Shown in pieces: positions 1 through 12,251 of a DNA stretch of 64,000 nt. The stretch covers positions 248,001-312,000 of the forward strand of contig JBLDXI010000073.1 in the NCBI GenBank assembly GCA_047495785.1, in the 5' to 3' direction. The notes below the pieces were generated by a model that searched no databases, was not told the DNA's origin, and saw only the letters and a list, made by a program, of their open reading frames with translations. Positions within the stretch are counted from its first letter, which is position 1, and the number at the start of each line of letters is the position of its first letter. The translations under genes and the position numbers were made by a program. The DNA comes from Lepidodermella squamata (lineage: Eukaryota > Animalia > Gastrotricha).

Positions 1-968
1 CAGTTGATTCGGATTTGTCGCTCCGAAAAATACGCGAACATTATTCTGAGTTCCCGTTTTCGCAAATGACGCGACTAATGCGAGCAAAGTTGTCGGTACA
101 TGGATCCTATTAATACTGGCTATTAAGATTCGAAAAACGTAGGGCAGAACCGAAATGCAAGGCAGCACACGGACTCCGTTTGAAATAATTCAGGGCAATG
201 CCTTAAAATTCCTAAAATACGGTAATTATCATTAACTGACGGGTCCCGTGTCAGAACTCGAAACTATGGTAGTACTACAGCTGAAATTTAGTATTGTACA
301 AAGCTTGCCGGTAAAAATCCCGTTCTGAAAAATACTTCTTGATAGAATAATATACACCTTGGTGAAGCAATAACATATATTATTCAACAAACAACAAGCT
401 ATAGGGCTGTCCATTGACGTCGAGTAGCGCCGCTTTCTAATTTGTACTTGCACTTGTAACTTTCCACCACCAAACATGTGTAAACAAGGTTGAATTCGAG
501 TTTTCATCTCAAAAGTCTCAAAGTGTGTCCAGGGTGCGATCTTGGATCCCGGAGCTGCCAGGGATGGAAAAAAATGTTTTCCTGCATTTGCCAAAATTAC
601 TAGTTATTTTGGCGAATGACCGAGCGAAGCGAGAAAATTTTGAAGATTTTCCACTAAAACACGCTCCAGACCCTTTCAAAATTGACGAAATAAGGGGATA
701 AACTCTCGTTTTGTCGTCTGGCCCAGCTGAGCTGGGGGGGGGGGGGGGGGGGGGGGGTGGGGGGGGATGATCCCCGCCATCAAACAGCCCCCCCCCCCAT
801 CATCAGACAGTGGGTGAAAGTCGCACACTGAGTGTGTCAATTCTCAATCATCCAAGTCCACGTGGTCACGTAGCATGAATAGTTAGAGGCGTTGTTTGTT
901 TTCGTTGCTTCGTCGTTTTGTCATTTCGTCATCTCATATAAAAAACTGACGGAAGAAAAAAGTGGGGT

Positions 969-1038
969 AAAAGGAGGATTCGAACCCGGGACCTTCAGCA
1001 TTAGAACTGCGGACTTGAGCCACTATACTATAGGAGCC
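969..1038 (-). ncRNA. tRNA-derived (SINE-head-like) Pol III unit, not a canonical tRNA
   Basis: Minus strand: A-box-like TAGTATAGTGG, B-box GGTTCGAATCC, then TTTT. No convincing acceptor stem. Confidence 0.5.
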
Positions 1039-1124
1039 TTCCTATCTGCGTCTGGCTAAAAGCGCTTATCTGTAGCGTTCGTTAAGTATATAAAAATGCC
1101 GGAAGAGAATGACTACCGTGACCC

Positions 1125-1193
1125 AGCACTATTGCTCAGTGGTCTCGCCTTATTGGTCAATTCCCAGTGGTCCTGGGTTCGAATCCTCCTTTT
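1125..1193 (+). ncRNA. tRNA-derived (SINE-head-like) Pol III unit, not a canonical tRNA
   Basis: A-box-like TTGCTCAGTGG, B-box GGTTCGAATCC, then TTTT; divergent partner of 969-1038. Confidence 0.5.
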
Positions 1194-2242
1194 ACCCCAC
1201 TTTTTTTCTTCCGTCAGTTTTTTCGTATTTCGTATGAGATGACGAAGTGACGAAACGATGAAGCAACGAAAAAAACAACGCCTCAGAGCTAACTAACTAT
1301 TCATGACACGTGACCACGTTGACTTTGATCCTGCAATACGAAGCATAATGGGGAAACGCTCTGCGAACGAGTGGGTTCTGAATGAGAGGGGATTACGCCG
1401 ACGTGTCTCGCGACGCATGATAAAGATGAAAATTGATAAAGAAGAAAATATTGCTGGCGATGAAATAAATGGGTGATGGCTAACTAACCTATGTGATGAA
1501 TTCGTTTTTCTGAATCTCCGAAAAGGCAGGACTTGCGCACAGGACAGGTACCCTGTGCGAAGTACAGGGGTGCTGGGGTGTCGCGACACCCCAGCTCCGG
1601 GACTCCAGCCAAAGGAAGGCTGAAAAAACAACACCCTTTGGTTCCTTCGTCTGGGTCCTAGAAACCAAGTGAAAAGCACCTCAGCTCCCGAATCCTACTT
1701 CGCACACTGATTAAAAGTAGGAAAATTACAATGGTTGGATAGGGCGATGAGTGAATAAAAATAAAGGTCGCGTGTCCACTTACCCAAGAGAGCCGAAATG
1801 ACATTTCTGTAACAATAAAAGCTGTTTATTATCATCATTCTTCCCTAACCGTTCAATTTTCATGTAGGCTATCTATTGTCTAGTGCAAACATATAATCAG
1901 TTTGCTCGCCTTATCTCTTGCTCGCCTTATCACCTTATCTGCCATACAGACTTATATGAGTCAAACGATTCATTTAGCTACCGAAACTTGTTATTGCTTC
2001 TCTATCTTTTTACGGATTGCATCAGCTACATTATACTGCCGTTTTGCAGGTCGAAGTTCAATGGCTAAAAATAAGTCGCGCGCCGTGAAACGCAGTGAAA
2101 TTGAAACGTTTCAATTTTCAGGGCATTAAGTCACTTCGTCATTTCGTCATTTCGTCATTTCGTAAATTTTACATCGTTTCCATTGTTTTACATCGTTGTT
2201 AATTTTGTTTTACTTTCAACTTTGCTACAATTTTTTATTCTC

Positions 2243-2790
2243 ATGGCTGCTGCTCCGGGGAAAAAGCGGAAGCTCGCTGAAGCTTCGACCAACACCCTAA
2301 CCGACACCGAATTTATGGCCGAGCTCATCAAGGCGATTGCGGAGACGCACCAACCCGAACGCAAGGTGAGCTTGCGGCAAATCTTACATACAGTAAATAC
2401 TTACGAAGGTAAGGTTTCGCGACTTTTTTGATTGCAACTAATTCATGAATTCAAATAGTCAATACTGGTAACTGGTCTCCCTTACAAGTTCAAAAGCTTC
2501 GTCACATGCATTGCTTCATGGCGATGAGCGGCAAGTCAGCAACTGCCCCCGGGTCGGCGTGGAAAGCCTGGATGTTCGAAAACCCCGAAGATGATGACGG
2601 CGTGTTCGAACGCTACGTAGGTCATAAGGAAAGGGCCATTCTGCGAAAAATCGCCGAAATTGATAGGGAAATTAGAAAAGGCTTCTTTGCCTTCGACTAC
2701 TCGACCGACGACTACGAACTGCGTTGGGAAAAAGTTGGAAGATCCTTTAAGTGGAATGTTCTCTCGAAAATACCGGAACCTGCCCGCTAG
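2243..2790 (+). CDS. Orphan 165-aa protein with N-terminal NLS-like PGKKRK (exons 2243-2408, 2459-2790)
   Basis: A 50-nt GT-AG intron (2409-2458, phase 1) joins the two ORF fragments in frame: MAAAPGKKRKLAE...TYE/VNTGNWSPLQVQKLRHMHCF...IPEPAR*. Confidence 0.65.
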
Positions 2791-3011
2791 CAAGAAATTT
2801 ATTATTGAAAATGTGACCATTTCAGCATTGTCATTTTATCAGCCGATTGTTTATTTCATGAATCTTTTAATTTCCTTAATTTTAATTTCCTGATCGACAA
2901 TTTCATCATCGATGATCATCATTTTATCAGCTAATTGTTACTGTCATTTTCTGAATCTTTTTACAGTCAATTCATCACAACATCTCACAGAATAAAGATT
3001 CTCAGGAATTA

Positions 3012-3793
3012 TCACAATGTCATTTTCACATAGAGCTTCCGGTTTTCGTTTTCCATAACTTGCCGCGCTATCGACCTGCTATTCGATGTATTGCTGGTGA
3101 CAAATCGAATATTCTCCTTATTTTTCAGCTCAGTATTCTCGGTTGACAGCGCATATAAATCGAACTCCGTGAGATATTCATAAACATGAGAACTCAGAGC
3201 ATGTGCATATGAGGTGACCTTGCCGACCGCTTCTTTCCACATCTCCGGGTAACGACTGAGTGACTAAATCAATAAAGGTTTAGTTCCAAAATTAAATTTA
3301 CAATTTACTTCGCAAATCGGCAGATATTGACCCATTTTTTTCCGGGTTGAGAAGAATGACTGCTTCGAAACGTCAGAGAAGCCCAAGTCGTCCTTCATGT
3401 CGAATACCTGTTGAGCACCGAATTTATGTTGGAAACCCAGCTTTATCAACCTTAATAATATTAAATTTTTCAAAATGCCAGAATTTTTAAGAGAACATAC
3501 GCAATCGCCCTAGCTAAAGCCGATTCTTTCTCCTTGACGGGATAATGGCTCTCTACTGTTCCGACGCCGACGTATTCAATGCGCAGAGTGACACTGGCGA
3601 TAACAGCCCCGTCCATAACTTTACCGAGATTGGTTTCATTGAGAGTTTTTATTAAAATGAGCTGATGCTTTTCCACTCGAGTCCGAACACTTCTTTTGTT
3701 CATCCCAATCACAGTCGCCGATCTGGGACGCGAACTTCTAATCTCATCATTGATCTCGGCATTATTGATGGGCACCAAATAACTCAGCGGCAT
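3012..3793 (-). CDS. Orphan 228-aa protein (exons 3793-3501, 3450-3309, 3263-3012)
   Basis: Two GT-AG introns (50 nt phase 2; 45 nt phase 0) join three ORF-track fragments into one 687-nt open frame: MPLSYLVPINN...ARAIA/LIKLGF...LPICE/SLSRYPEMWKE...KMTL*. Confidence 0.7.
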
Positions 3794-4186
3794 TACGAAA
3801 TAATGTTATCAAAACCTGAGCGGAAAATCGACGCTTCAAACCTAGCTTGCAATAAAATGCGAAATAATTTCAAAATTTCAATTGAAAACAACACTGATTT
3901 TCAAATTTTTATTTTGTTTTGTTTTGTGATGCTCATTGATAAAACTTGATTTATAACACGCTTTATTTACAACTTTAAAACAACTTTATTTATTTATAAC
4001 AAAAATCAATAAGTAGAATTTCACTACTGTGAAGAAATAAAGAATTGAAGAAATAACGAAATAACGAAATGACGAAATGACGAAATGACGGAGAAAACAA
4101 AACAAAAGCACGCGTTAACTGAAGCACTGATGTTGACGCTGTTGATCACATGGTTGAACTTTGACCTGCAAAGCGGGAGTATAATG

Positions 4187-4712
4187 TATCTCGAGTTCTT
4201 TCTCATGCTCCCACGTGAACCCAGCTTCATCACGCCCAATGTGGCCGTAGCAAGCCGTTCGTCGATAGATAGGGCGCTTCAGATCCAGGTCCCGAATGAT
4301 ACAACCAGGGCGAAGGTCGAAATTACGGCTGATAACACTTCGCAAATCATCGGCAGTCAGCTCACCTTTCGCTGAGCCATAATCGAAAACTGTCACACTC
4401 ACCGGCCCAGAACGGCCTATAGCATAGGAAACCTGAACTAGGCAACGGCGGCAAAGCCCAGCAGCAACTAGCGATTTCGCAGCCCAACGTGCGGCGTAGG
4501 CCCCAGATCGGTCGAATTTGCTGCTCGAGCAGCTCGAGCTTTACGCGGGCAAGTTTCCGGGTCGATGCCTGTCTCAGCATCGATGAGGCCAGCGCTACGA
4601 ATGACGTCACGCACCACTGCGTTGATGTTTACGCGATCAGCGCCGGTCGAGGTGAACTCGCCGAAGACGCAGACCTCATCGGACTTGGCAAGGCCGAAGG
4701 CAATATCCCCGC
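4187..4712 (-). pseudogene. MAT: S-adenosylmethionine synthetase (MAT) pseudogene, internally deleted and frameshifted; last codons displaced to 1991-2028
   Basis: Minus strand encodes DRSGAYAARWAAKSLVAAGLCRRCLVQVSYAIG...NFDLRPGCIIRDLDLKRPIYRRTACYGHIGR...FTWE (MAT C-terminal region), preceded directly by an N-terminal-domain-like piece AKSDEVCVFGEFTS...VVRDVIRSAG...GIDPETC/RVKLELLEQQ. Confidence 0.9.
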
Positions 4713-5330
4713 TTTACACGTAGAGTGGGAAAAACGAAACATTAGCAGCGGAAAGAATTTGCGACATGATGTAGATGGAATAGGATGAAAAGAAAACTTT
4801 GCTACACAAGAAAAAAAAGTGGTCCGAATTCGGGGGATGCATAATTGATCTTTACAAGCAATTCTATCATCCGAATTCATACGCCTCGGGCCTGCTAATT
4901 CGGGGGGTTAACTCTGTATGGAACCGGCCTTTGAATTCGCGATTTTGGCCTTGGCGGAACGCCAACTCACTTTGCACTCGATCTTGTCCTTCCGTGAATA
5001 ATTCTCAAACGATGCGCATATTGCGCCCATAGTCCGAAAAATTGAGGCCATTTTCCAAATAATTCATTAATATTATTGTTAACTCGATTGATAATTATGA
5101 ATTTTTCGGAAAAAGCAGAATCTTCAACTGTGGGGGTGGGTAAGGATTAATTTTCAATCTTTGCCTGCCTTCGCCCTCTTCAAAACCGGAAACGGTTTAA
5201 TGACGCGCAGTCTAGGAGAGGCTAAATAAAACTATTATTATTATATTCATTAATATTAAATTCTGTTGAAAAATCAAATTCATTTAGACATATATATTTG
5301 CTGGAAGTAGCATCTATCACGATCTGTTCC

Positions 5331-5735
5331 ATGACGATCTCTTTTCTCTCAACCTGGGCAGCACTGTTTGTCGTATTCCCAGTTCACTTCTCCACCGCCT
5401 TGGTTAAGCAATGCTACAGGTGCATTCCTAGCGAGACTATCAATTGTGGAGATCCCAAGAACTTCGAGGTTTACAACTGCCCAGCGAACATTAATTACGG
5501 GTGTCTGTACTTCGACAGTAAAATGTGAGAATTTTGTTTTCTATACATTTTTTGTCAATTTTCGCTGCGAATTGGTTTTAGAGAAGCTGGCATACGCGGC
5601 TGCATTGACGAAAGAGGTTGCATACCAAGTCGGTTCGTGCATTGCTGCTCGGAAGACCTGTGCAACAGCCAAACAACTACCCTTAAACCGACTACTGATG
5701 GTGGGCTCTCTACCGCTGTAGCTGTAGCGATGTAG
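5331..5735 (+). CDS. Ly6/uPAR three-finger protein, copy 1 (exons 5331-5524, 5582-5735); TM segment frameshifted
   Basis: Signal peptide, QCYRC...RGC...HCCSEDLCN 10-Cys domain, phase-2 intron. Stops at GLSTAVAVAM*; TM and basic-tail remnants continue out of frame to 5811. Confidence 0.75.
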
Positions 5736-6470
5736 CTGTCGGTGCATTAATGGCAGCAATGGCAGGATTAGTCGTGTGTATTTCATGAAGAAAATGCGCA
5801 GAAGAAATTAGGACATGTTAATGGGCGCGTTTCTTTATTCTAGTTTTTGTGCATTTTATCAAATAAAATCGAAATATAACAGATTTCATTGATCTGTTGA
5901 GTTTATAAAACCAGCTGGTTTTTCCATTTCATTTCTTAAGTGAATTTTAGTTTGTAATATCAAGAGAAAAACGGACGCGTTTCAGTGGAATTTTTGTTTT
6001 TTTCTTCAAAGGAGGCAACAGGGGGTAGGGGTGTTTCGACCTTATTTTTAAATGGAAAAGTGTAATGCAAAAAAATGAGTGATCGTCGTAGACTTGAAAA
6101 AATTATTAGTCATATGCATGACTTGAACGGGATGGGGTCAAGAATCGCAAAAAACCCTTGCGTTTCATGCGTAATTTTGTTTTATCAGCGGCACGCGATG
6201 TTTCAAAAACATTTTGGGTTTGAAAATTGCACGAAAACACGGATAAAGAAATAGCAATTTTTTGGGAAAATAAAATATAAAAAATCAAGTAAAGAAAGGC
6301 AAAAATTTTAATTTTTCAAAATAAATTGATAAAGAAATGTCAGGTTTTTAATTTCATTTTCTAACAGAAAATCGTCGGGAATAAAGAAACGCACCCTATA
6401 TCAGTCCTAATTTGAAATTAGGACTAATAGAAACATGGTCAAATGTAGAAAGCGCTATTATCATAGTTAA

Positions 6471-7406
6471 GGGCGATTCACAAACTCGTGTTTTCCACAT
6501 TAATGATGCAAAAGATTTTTTTCAGGCTCACTTGAATCATGAACGATGAACGAAACCCGCTCACATATTATATGTCATAATTCATGATTCAACAAGCTGT
6601 TTTGCCTTTTTTTATGTGCGCGATTTAGATCTAAAAAGGAGTGCGCCCGCAAGGCGCAGAACCCACGGCACTGGGCATGATAGTTCGAGTTAAACCCACT
6701 GTGCCACCAGTGAGCTTATGCTGATATGAGCGTTAGCGTCATTATCTCCTATTCTTGTTGTTAACTTAGGTAAATTTTCTAAGCTATTGGAAAATTCGAT
6801 TATTTTCCATAAAATCCATTCCATAAATTACATCATTTGACCTTTATCCTCGGCTAGAGCACTCTGATTGGGTCGATTAATTAGTCCAAACCGATACATT
6901 TTTCTGAAGTATGAATCATTGGGCTTAAAACTATTCGATTCAGTCATTTTTGGCGATGATTTATCGGCTATTGCTATGATTCCGAAACTTGGTGTAATGG
7001 CTAACGTTAAAGCGGGCAATGTAGTCTAAAAAATTCGAACATTTAAGCGCTAGTTTTGCAGTTCTGATACTGTAAATCAACAGCAAAAATGGAAGATGAT
7101 GACAGAAACGCTCTCAACCATCGAAGCTCGCTACTGGCATAGTGGTTTAGCTCTGACCATGCTAAACCAGAATACTGGGTTCTGTGCTCGGTGGCGGCGT
7201 CATTTTTTGGATCCATGCGAAGTCGCACACAAAAAATCGCTATTTGTATCATGAATTATGAAAAATAATTTGTGAGCGGGGTTCGTTCATAGTTCATGAT
7301 TCAAATGGCCTTGCGACCGTTTTTTTGCAAAAGATGAATTTTGCGCGTAAGAAAAGAACGATGAATCATGAATGTGTATTTTACACACGAGTTTGTGAAC
7401 CGCACT
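6471..7406. mobile_element. MITE flanked by TTAA (Kolobok-like termini)
   Basis: TTAA-GGGCGATTCACAAACTCGTG ... CACGAGTTTGTGAACCGCACT-TTAA; long imperfect inverted arms (TGAATCATGAAC...CCCGCTCACA). Confidence 0.65.
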
Positions 7407-7882
7407 TTAATAATTCATAATGATCGATTCTATACCAGCTTGCGGCTCAAACTTATGGGATTCTCCACTTTATACAGATTGGAAAGCAACGATCTTTCAA
7501 TAGTGAATAAACTTACACCGAAACGTGAAAAATGGGCACGTGACACGTGACCTTTAGTTTTATTCCCTCAGCGCCCATCTACCCATTGTAATATTTTTCG
7601 ATTTTTAACTATTTTCTAAAATTCCCAGAGAACACCGTTCTCTTCCCGCAAATTCCCAAAAACTTTTCCTGAAAACTAAGAGCGCTGCTCTATCAAATGA
7701 GTCCCATCTCATGAGACGATTCTTTTCTAACTTTTTATAAATTCTCCCAAAGTTGATCACTTTACGAAATATTTTTACAGTCTTAAGGGCGGTAAACTGC
7801 TCGAGTTGGATATTGTTGCAGACCAACTCGGATTCGCAGGTGCCTTACTGCTAGCTCTACACATACTGAAGTCTTGATGAAT

Positions 7883-8107
7883 TATACTTTGTTTTGCAGG
7901 TCAAAGGTCACACGTGCCCACGTTATCAAAACGTGTGATGAAACACACACTAAACGTCCAAAACAAAGGACGATGACAACATGACGAAATGACGAAATGA
8001 CGAAATGACGAAACGACAACGCTAGCAACAACTTGAAAAATTGGTTTGATCTCCCGCTTTGATCGCGTGGGCACGTGAGACCTTTGACCTGCAAAACAGA
8101 AGTATGA
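7883..8107. mobile_element. Short MITE of the same TIR family as 2029-4186
   Basis: TATACTTTGTTTTGCAGGTCAAAGGTC / GACCTTTGACCTGCAAAACAGAAGTATG; internal (GACGAAAT)n. Confidence 0.7.
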
Positions 8108-8667
8108 TCACCATGGAACCAAGGTCGTCTCAAACCGATTACGACCACTGCTTTACGCGAGGTATTTTAAACGTTTGTCTAGCTGTCTAGCTTTGTAAGT
8201 GATCAAACTCTAATAGAACAGAGAAATATACATCGAACGTATGGTTAGACGGCATGTTTTAAACTATTTTGGACGAGGGACGAGCGATGCCTTCGGAAAG
8301 GTCGATTCGCAATTAGCTGGCCAAAGTGCCCTTTAAACCTGGTTTGAACTATAGCTAAGGCCCTAGTTCGAGTATCCTACTTCGCGCAGTGCGGTCTTCG
8401 CAAAATCCTGTCTTCAAACTTCAGAAACAGCGACTGACTACATTGCATTGTTATTTGTTATGTAGTTGCATAGTCATCACATCAGACCCGAAACAAATCG
8501 TTCACTCTTCAAATGTAGCGCGAGTAAACAACGAACTGTTACAAAATTTAGGGATCTTTGTCAACCGGGACTTTGATAACTTCTCAAAGCTTGGCTGGAC
8601 TATCTTTAGACTTTAGACTACCTTCGATTAGCTTATAGATTTGTGTGAAATGTGCAATGCCTATATA

Positions 8668-9202
8668 CGATCTCTACCGTAGTTCTACCGTAGCACTACG
8701 GTACCGTATTTTTCCGATTAAAACTTCTCTTGAAATTTAATATTCGAAAAACTGTCTTGTTTGGAAACTAGAATTCTAAAAGCTAACGTTCAAAAAACTA
8801 ACGCGAAAAACCACTCATGGGACACTTTCGAAAAACTGGCGTGTCCGAAACTGAGCATGATAGCTTTTTCGAAAAACTAGCGTTTTACTAGCTGCACCAT
8901 GTGGCAGTTATTGATTGCGCAACAAGAGTTACCAATAATACCAATGTTGCCAAGTTGCCAATGCTGCAAATGTAGCCAAAGTAGCAAAAGCTAACAACCC
9001 ATAAAAATGCATACATAAGCGCAAAAAATGACCAATATTATATGACAGCCAATGGCTCATGGGAAAGAGTGCCTGTCTTCGTAAGAGATGATGATTAAGG
9101 ATTGAGGGTTCAAATCTCATCACAAACCATCCTTTTTCATTTTCCCACTACGGTACCGTAGAGAGTACGGTAAGAACTACGGTAGAACTGCGCTAGAGAT
9201 CG
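8668..9202. mobile_element. MITE-like inverted-repeat element
   Basis: CGATCTCTACCGTAGTTCTACCGTAG... / ...CTACGGTAGAACTGCGCTAGAGATCG arms; internal GAAAAACT repeats and a tRNA-like stretch near 9053-9118. Confidence 0.6.
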
Positions 9203-11486
9203 GCTTATTGACAACTCGAACACAATCACGCAAAATTGCATCATCGCAATGAATTTTCTCGAGCAATTCCCGTCCACATTGAAACATGAAAGATATAGGA
9301 ATTTTAGTAGATTCGGATCCTCGAGTAGATTAGATACTATTATATGACGTAGGTACCTACCTTATTATATTCTTTTATCAGGCAGCCCTCTGACCTACCA
9401 CGGTGTGTTAGGGGCTAAAAATTGGGGCTAAAAATAGGGAGATAATATCCAGCGATGCCTGCGTGATGATGCTGCGTGCTGTCCATGTGCTTAGGGGCCG
9501 TAAAATTTCTCTTTTAAGAAAATCCACGTTGCAGGGCTGGAAATCGAACCCAGGACCACTGTGCAACCAGTCAAGTCGCTTAACCAATAAGCCACGAGAC
9601 TGGTCACATTCGGCGCTAGTAAAAAGTTGTTTTTGAAGGGCACACGATCTATTTCTTATAAACGACTGCACAGAGCAACGGTTTAGATCGAACCGGTGGC
9701 TCAATCGAATAGATTGGAACTGTTACTTGTGGAGGTCAACAGTTCGAATCCCAACTAAATTCTTGGGACTAATAGCAGTATAGAGTCGAAACTAGCGGGA
9801 AATTCATGCGATCGAGGCAAAAAATACGATTTTTGTGGGTGAAGCAAAATATGCGGTTTTAGCAATATGTAATAACAAGACCTTTGGCTGCATTCTGAAG
9901 TTTCATGAATATGCAAAATTGCGATGAATCATAGCATTGCTGCCCTTTTTATATTTTATATTTTATAAGGCATTTTTCGATCAATGAATTGATGCGACTC
10001 AGATCTTAAAGTTACTTACACCTGAACTTACAGGTACAGGTTCTAAACTTACACCTGAGAAGCAGTTAAGCCGCTAATAGTCGGGTCCACCTGAAAAAAT
10101 GGATGTAATGGGAGAATGCAGCCAAAGGTCTTGTTAGTATTGGTAAAACTGCATTTTTTGCTTAACCCACAAAAATCGTATTTTTTGCCTCGATCAGATG
10201 AATTTTGCATGTGATTGTTAAGAATTGTCGAGTCCATACGGCTAATACAGTGCTCCCCCGTTATCTGCAACCCCGCTATCTGCCCACCCCCGTTAGTAGT
10301 CATCGATTTGTGGACCCTGCTAAATAAATTAGTTGTAAAATTTTAATTAAATAAAAAATAATTATCTGATAAATTAAAAAAATTAAGTGTGAAAAATTTG
10401 CGTTCCTGGAAACCTAGTGACACGTGTTTCAAGTTATTTTCAGTTTCATCAGAGTGGACGCTCTAGTTGACGATAAACGCTTTGCTGAATGATCATGAGT
10501 CTTAAAAACATGCAGTTACGCAACAGAGTGATAAAATTAGAACTTCATTTCCCGCAGTTCGTGTTTTTTCATTCTACTACATTTGTCAAAATTTTTCATT
10601 AACTATTGCCTGTAATTATGTTTCAAATGTCTTTTCTCTCGTTTAATAATATTAATTTTAGAAATTCCTAACCAGCTCTTCACAGTTAGTCGCCAGTCAT
10701 ATGAATATGACCACGCTATGGGAAATGAAACTGATTGTATGTAGTTAATGATTATGGAATAATTTGCGATTTTTGCAGCTGATAAATGAGATTTGTTGTT
10801 TATTTGTCTTTCAATGAGATATTTCGAATTATTAAATCACTTTACTCGGCTAATAAACCCAGGTTACATAGACCTGAGTTAAGTTGATGGCTTTTAGGAC
10901 CACATAGACAGCCGGATGAAGACATTTATCGGCGAAATTTTTCGAAAATTTAGGATGATTTTTTTGCGAGGAAATTGATAAATGTTTCGATTTTTTTCCA
11001 ATTTTTTTACTTCGAATTGTCTCTCTGACCCAGTTAACGTGTTGCGCAATCATTGAAATTATCGGAATGCATCCACTCAATTTTATGACTTTTAATGAAG
11101 CTATTAAAATAAATGTTCCTTTCAAATGGTTTCAATTTTACATTTGGTTTTCCTCTCATTACCAGTGAAGAATTTCACGACGAATTTCGTCTAAATGTCG
11201 CTCGGATCTACTTCACGACCTTGACTTCAGGTTTCCCGGTAATATTTACTCGTTTTTAATTCCTAATTTTGACTTTGAATATTGCAAAATCCCGATGAGG
11301 GGCGGCCGAAGGCTCTGCCAAAATTTTCATGTCTGAATTTTTTCAGCGATCTGTAGCGCTTTTAGCACATTTATTAGATTAAATTCGTTTTGTGAATTGA
11401 AATGCCTACCTATTGCTTCGCCTTTCTGCCTGTTTCGCTTTTAGATTTTACAATCTATACCTTATTTTTTGGAATTGTTGGCAATT

Positions 11487-12251
11487 ATGAGCGTGACACA
11501 AGCCCCGAAATCTGTTCTATCTAATGGCACGAGGAAAAAGCCTGTTGGCCTTAATTTGAAGACTCAGGTTACAGCTATGCAGGCATTGAGAAGTGGGGAG
11601 AAAAACAGGATGCAGCTGGCCCACGAGCTTAACGTTGATCCCGCGACAGTTTCGCGTATGAAGGTATGATTATTTTCCAACATCGTTCTTAATTATTATA
11701 TTTTTTACTAGCGTCGAGAGCCGTTGCTCAATTTAAGTTTGAATCACCTTGGCCCACGCTTGAATGACAGTAAGCGTCTACGTAAATCGCCGTTGGAGCT
11801 AACAAATCGGGCCGTGGTTCGCCTTATAGAGCAGGCCAGGGAGCAACATATTCCTATAAGTGATCATATTGTTCAAAGCCTGGCTCTGAGAGTTCATCCT
11901 AAACTGTACCCTAACGAACAGCCGGGTGCCTTCAAGGCATCAAACGGGTGGCTAGATCGTTTGAAGCGGAATTTCGCTCTCAGATCGAAAACCATTCAAG
12001 GTGAATCTGCGGATGCGGACGTTGAAGGAGCGGCCAAGTTTCGCCTGGAGTTAAAACAACTGATCGTGGATGAGGGCTACTTAAAAAGTGAGCTCTACAA
12101 TGCCGACGAGTTGGCCATGTACTGGCGCTCCGTTCCAACACGTACGATGGTATTGCCCGAGAACGATGCCGGCTCCGGAAAGAAAATGCAAAAAAATAGG
12201 GTAACCCTATTATTTTGCACAAACTGGGACAGCATGCGAAGGAACACGTGA
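11487..12251 (+). pseudogene. Tigger/CENP-B-like transposase, truncated after the first DDE Asp (exons 11487-11663, 11712-~12230)
   Basis: psq-type HTH, CENP-B HTH (FKASNGWLDRLKR), GESADAD, YNADE, RVTLLFCTN motifs; 48-nt phase-0 intron. Confidence 0.88.

Larger units (their letters stand above)
854..1350. mobile_element. Palindromic MITE-like element with a central divergent pair of tRNA-like units
   Basis: Inverted arms (CACGTGGTCACGT...TTTCGTCATCTCATA / TATGAGATGACGAA...ACGTGACCACGT). The right end ACTTTGATCCTGCAATACGAAGCATAATG resembles the TIR of the 2029-4186 element. Confidence 0.7.
2029..4186. mobile_element. Non-autonomous TIR DNA element (TA target) carrying two convergent spliced genes
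   Basis: TIRs CATTATACTGCCGTTTTGCAGGTCGAAGTTCAA / reverse complement CATTATACTCCCGCTTTGCAGGTCAAAGTTCAA; TA on both sides (2027-28, 4187-88); subterminal (ATTTCGTC)n repeats. Removing it restores the SAM synthetase reading frame. Confidence 0.85.

Noticed and set aside
733-800. Long poly-G run followed by poly-C (possible G-quadruplex/hairpin)
   Set aside because: Low-complexity homopolymers of unreliable length; no supporting context.
969-1193. Functional tRNA genes
   Set aside because: A/B boxes are present but no convincing cloverleaf or acceptor stem; embedded in a repeat.
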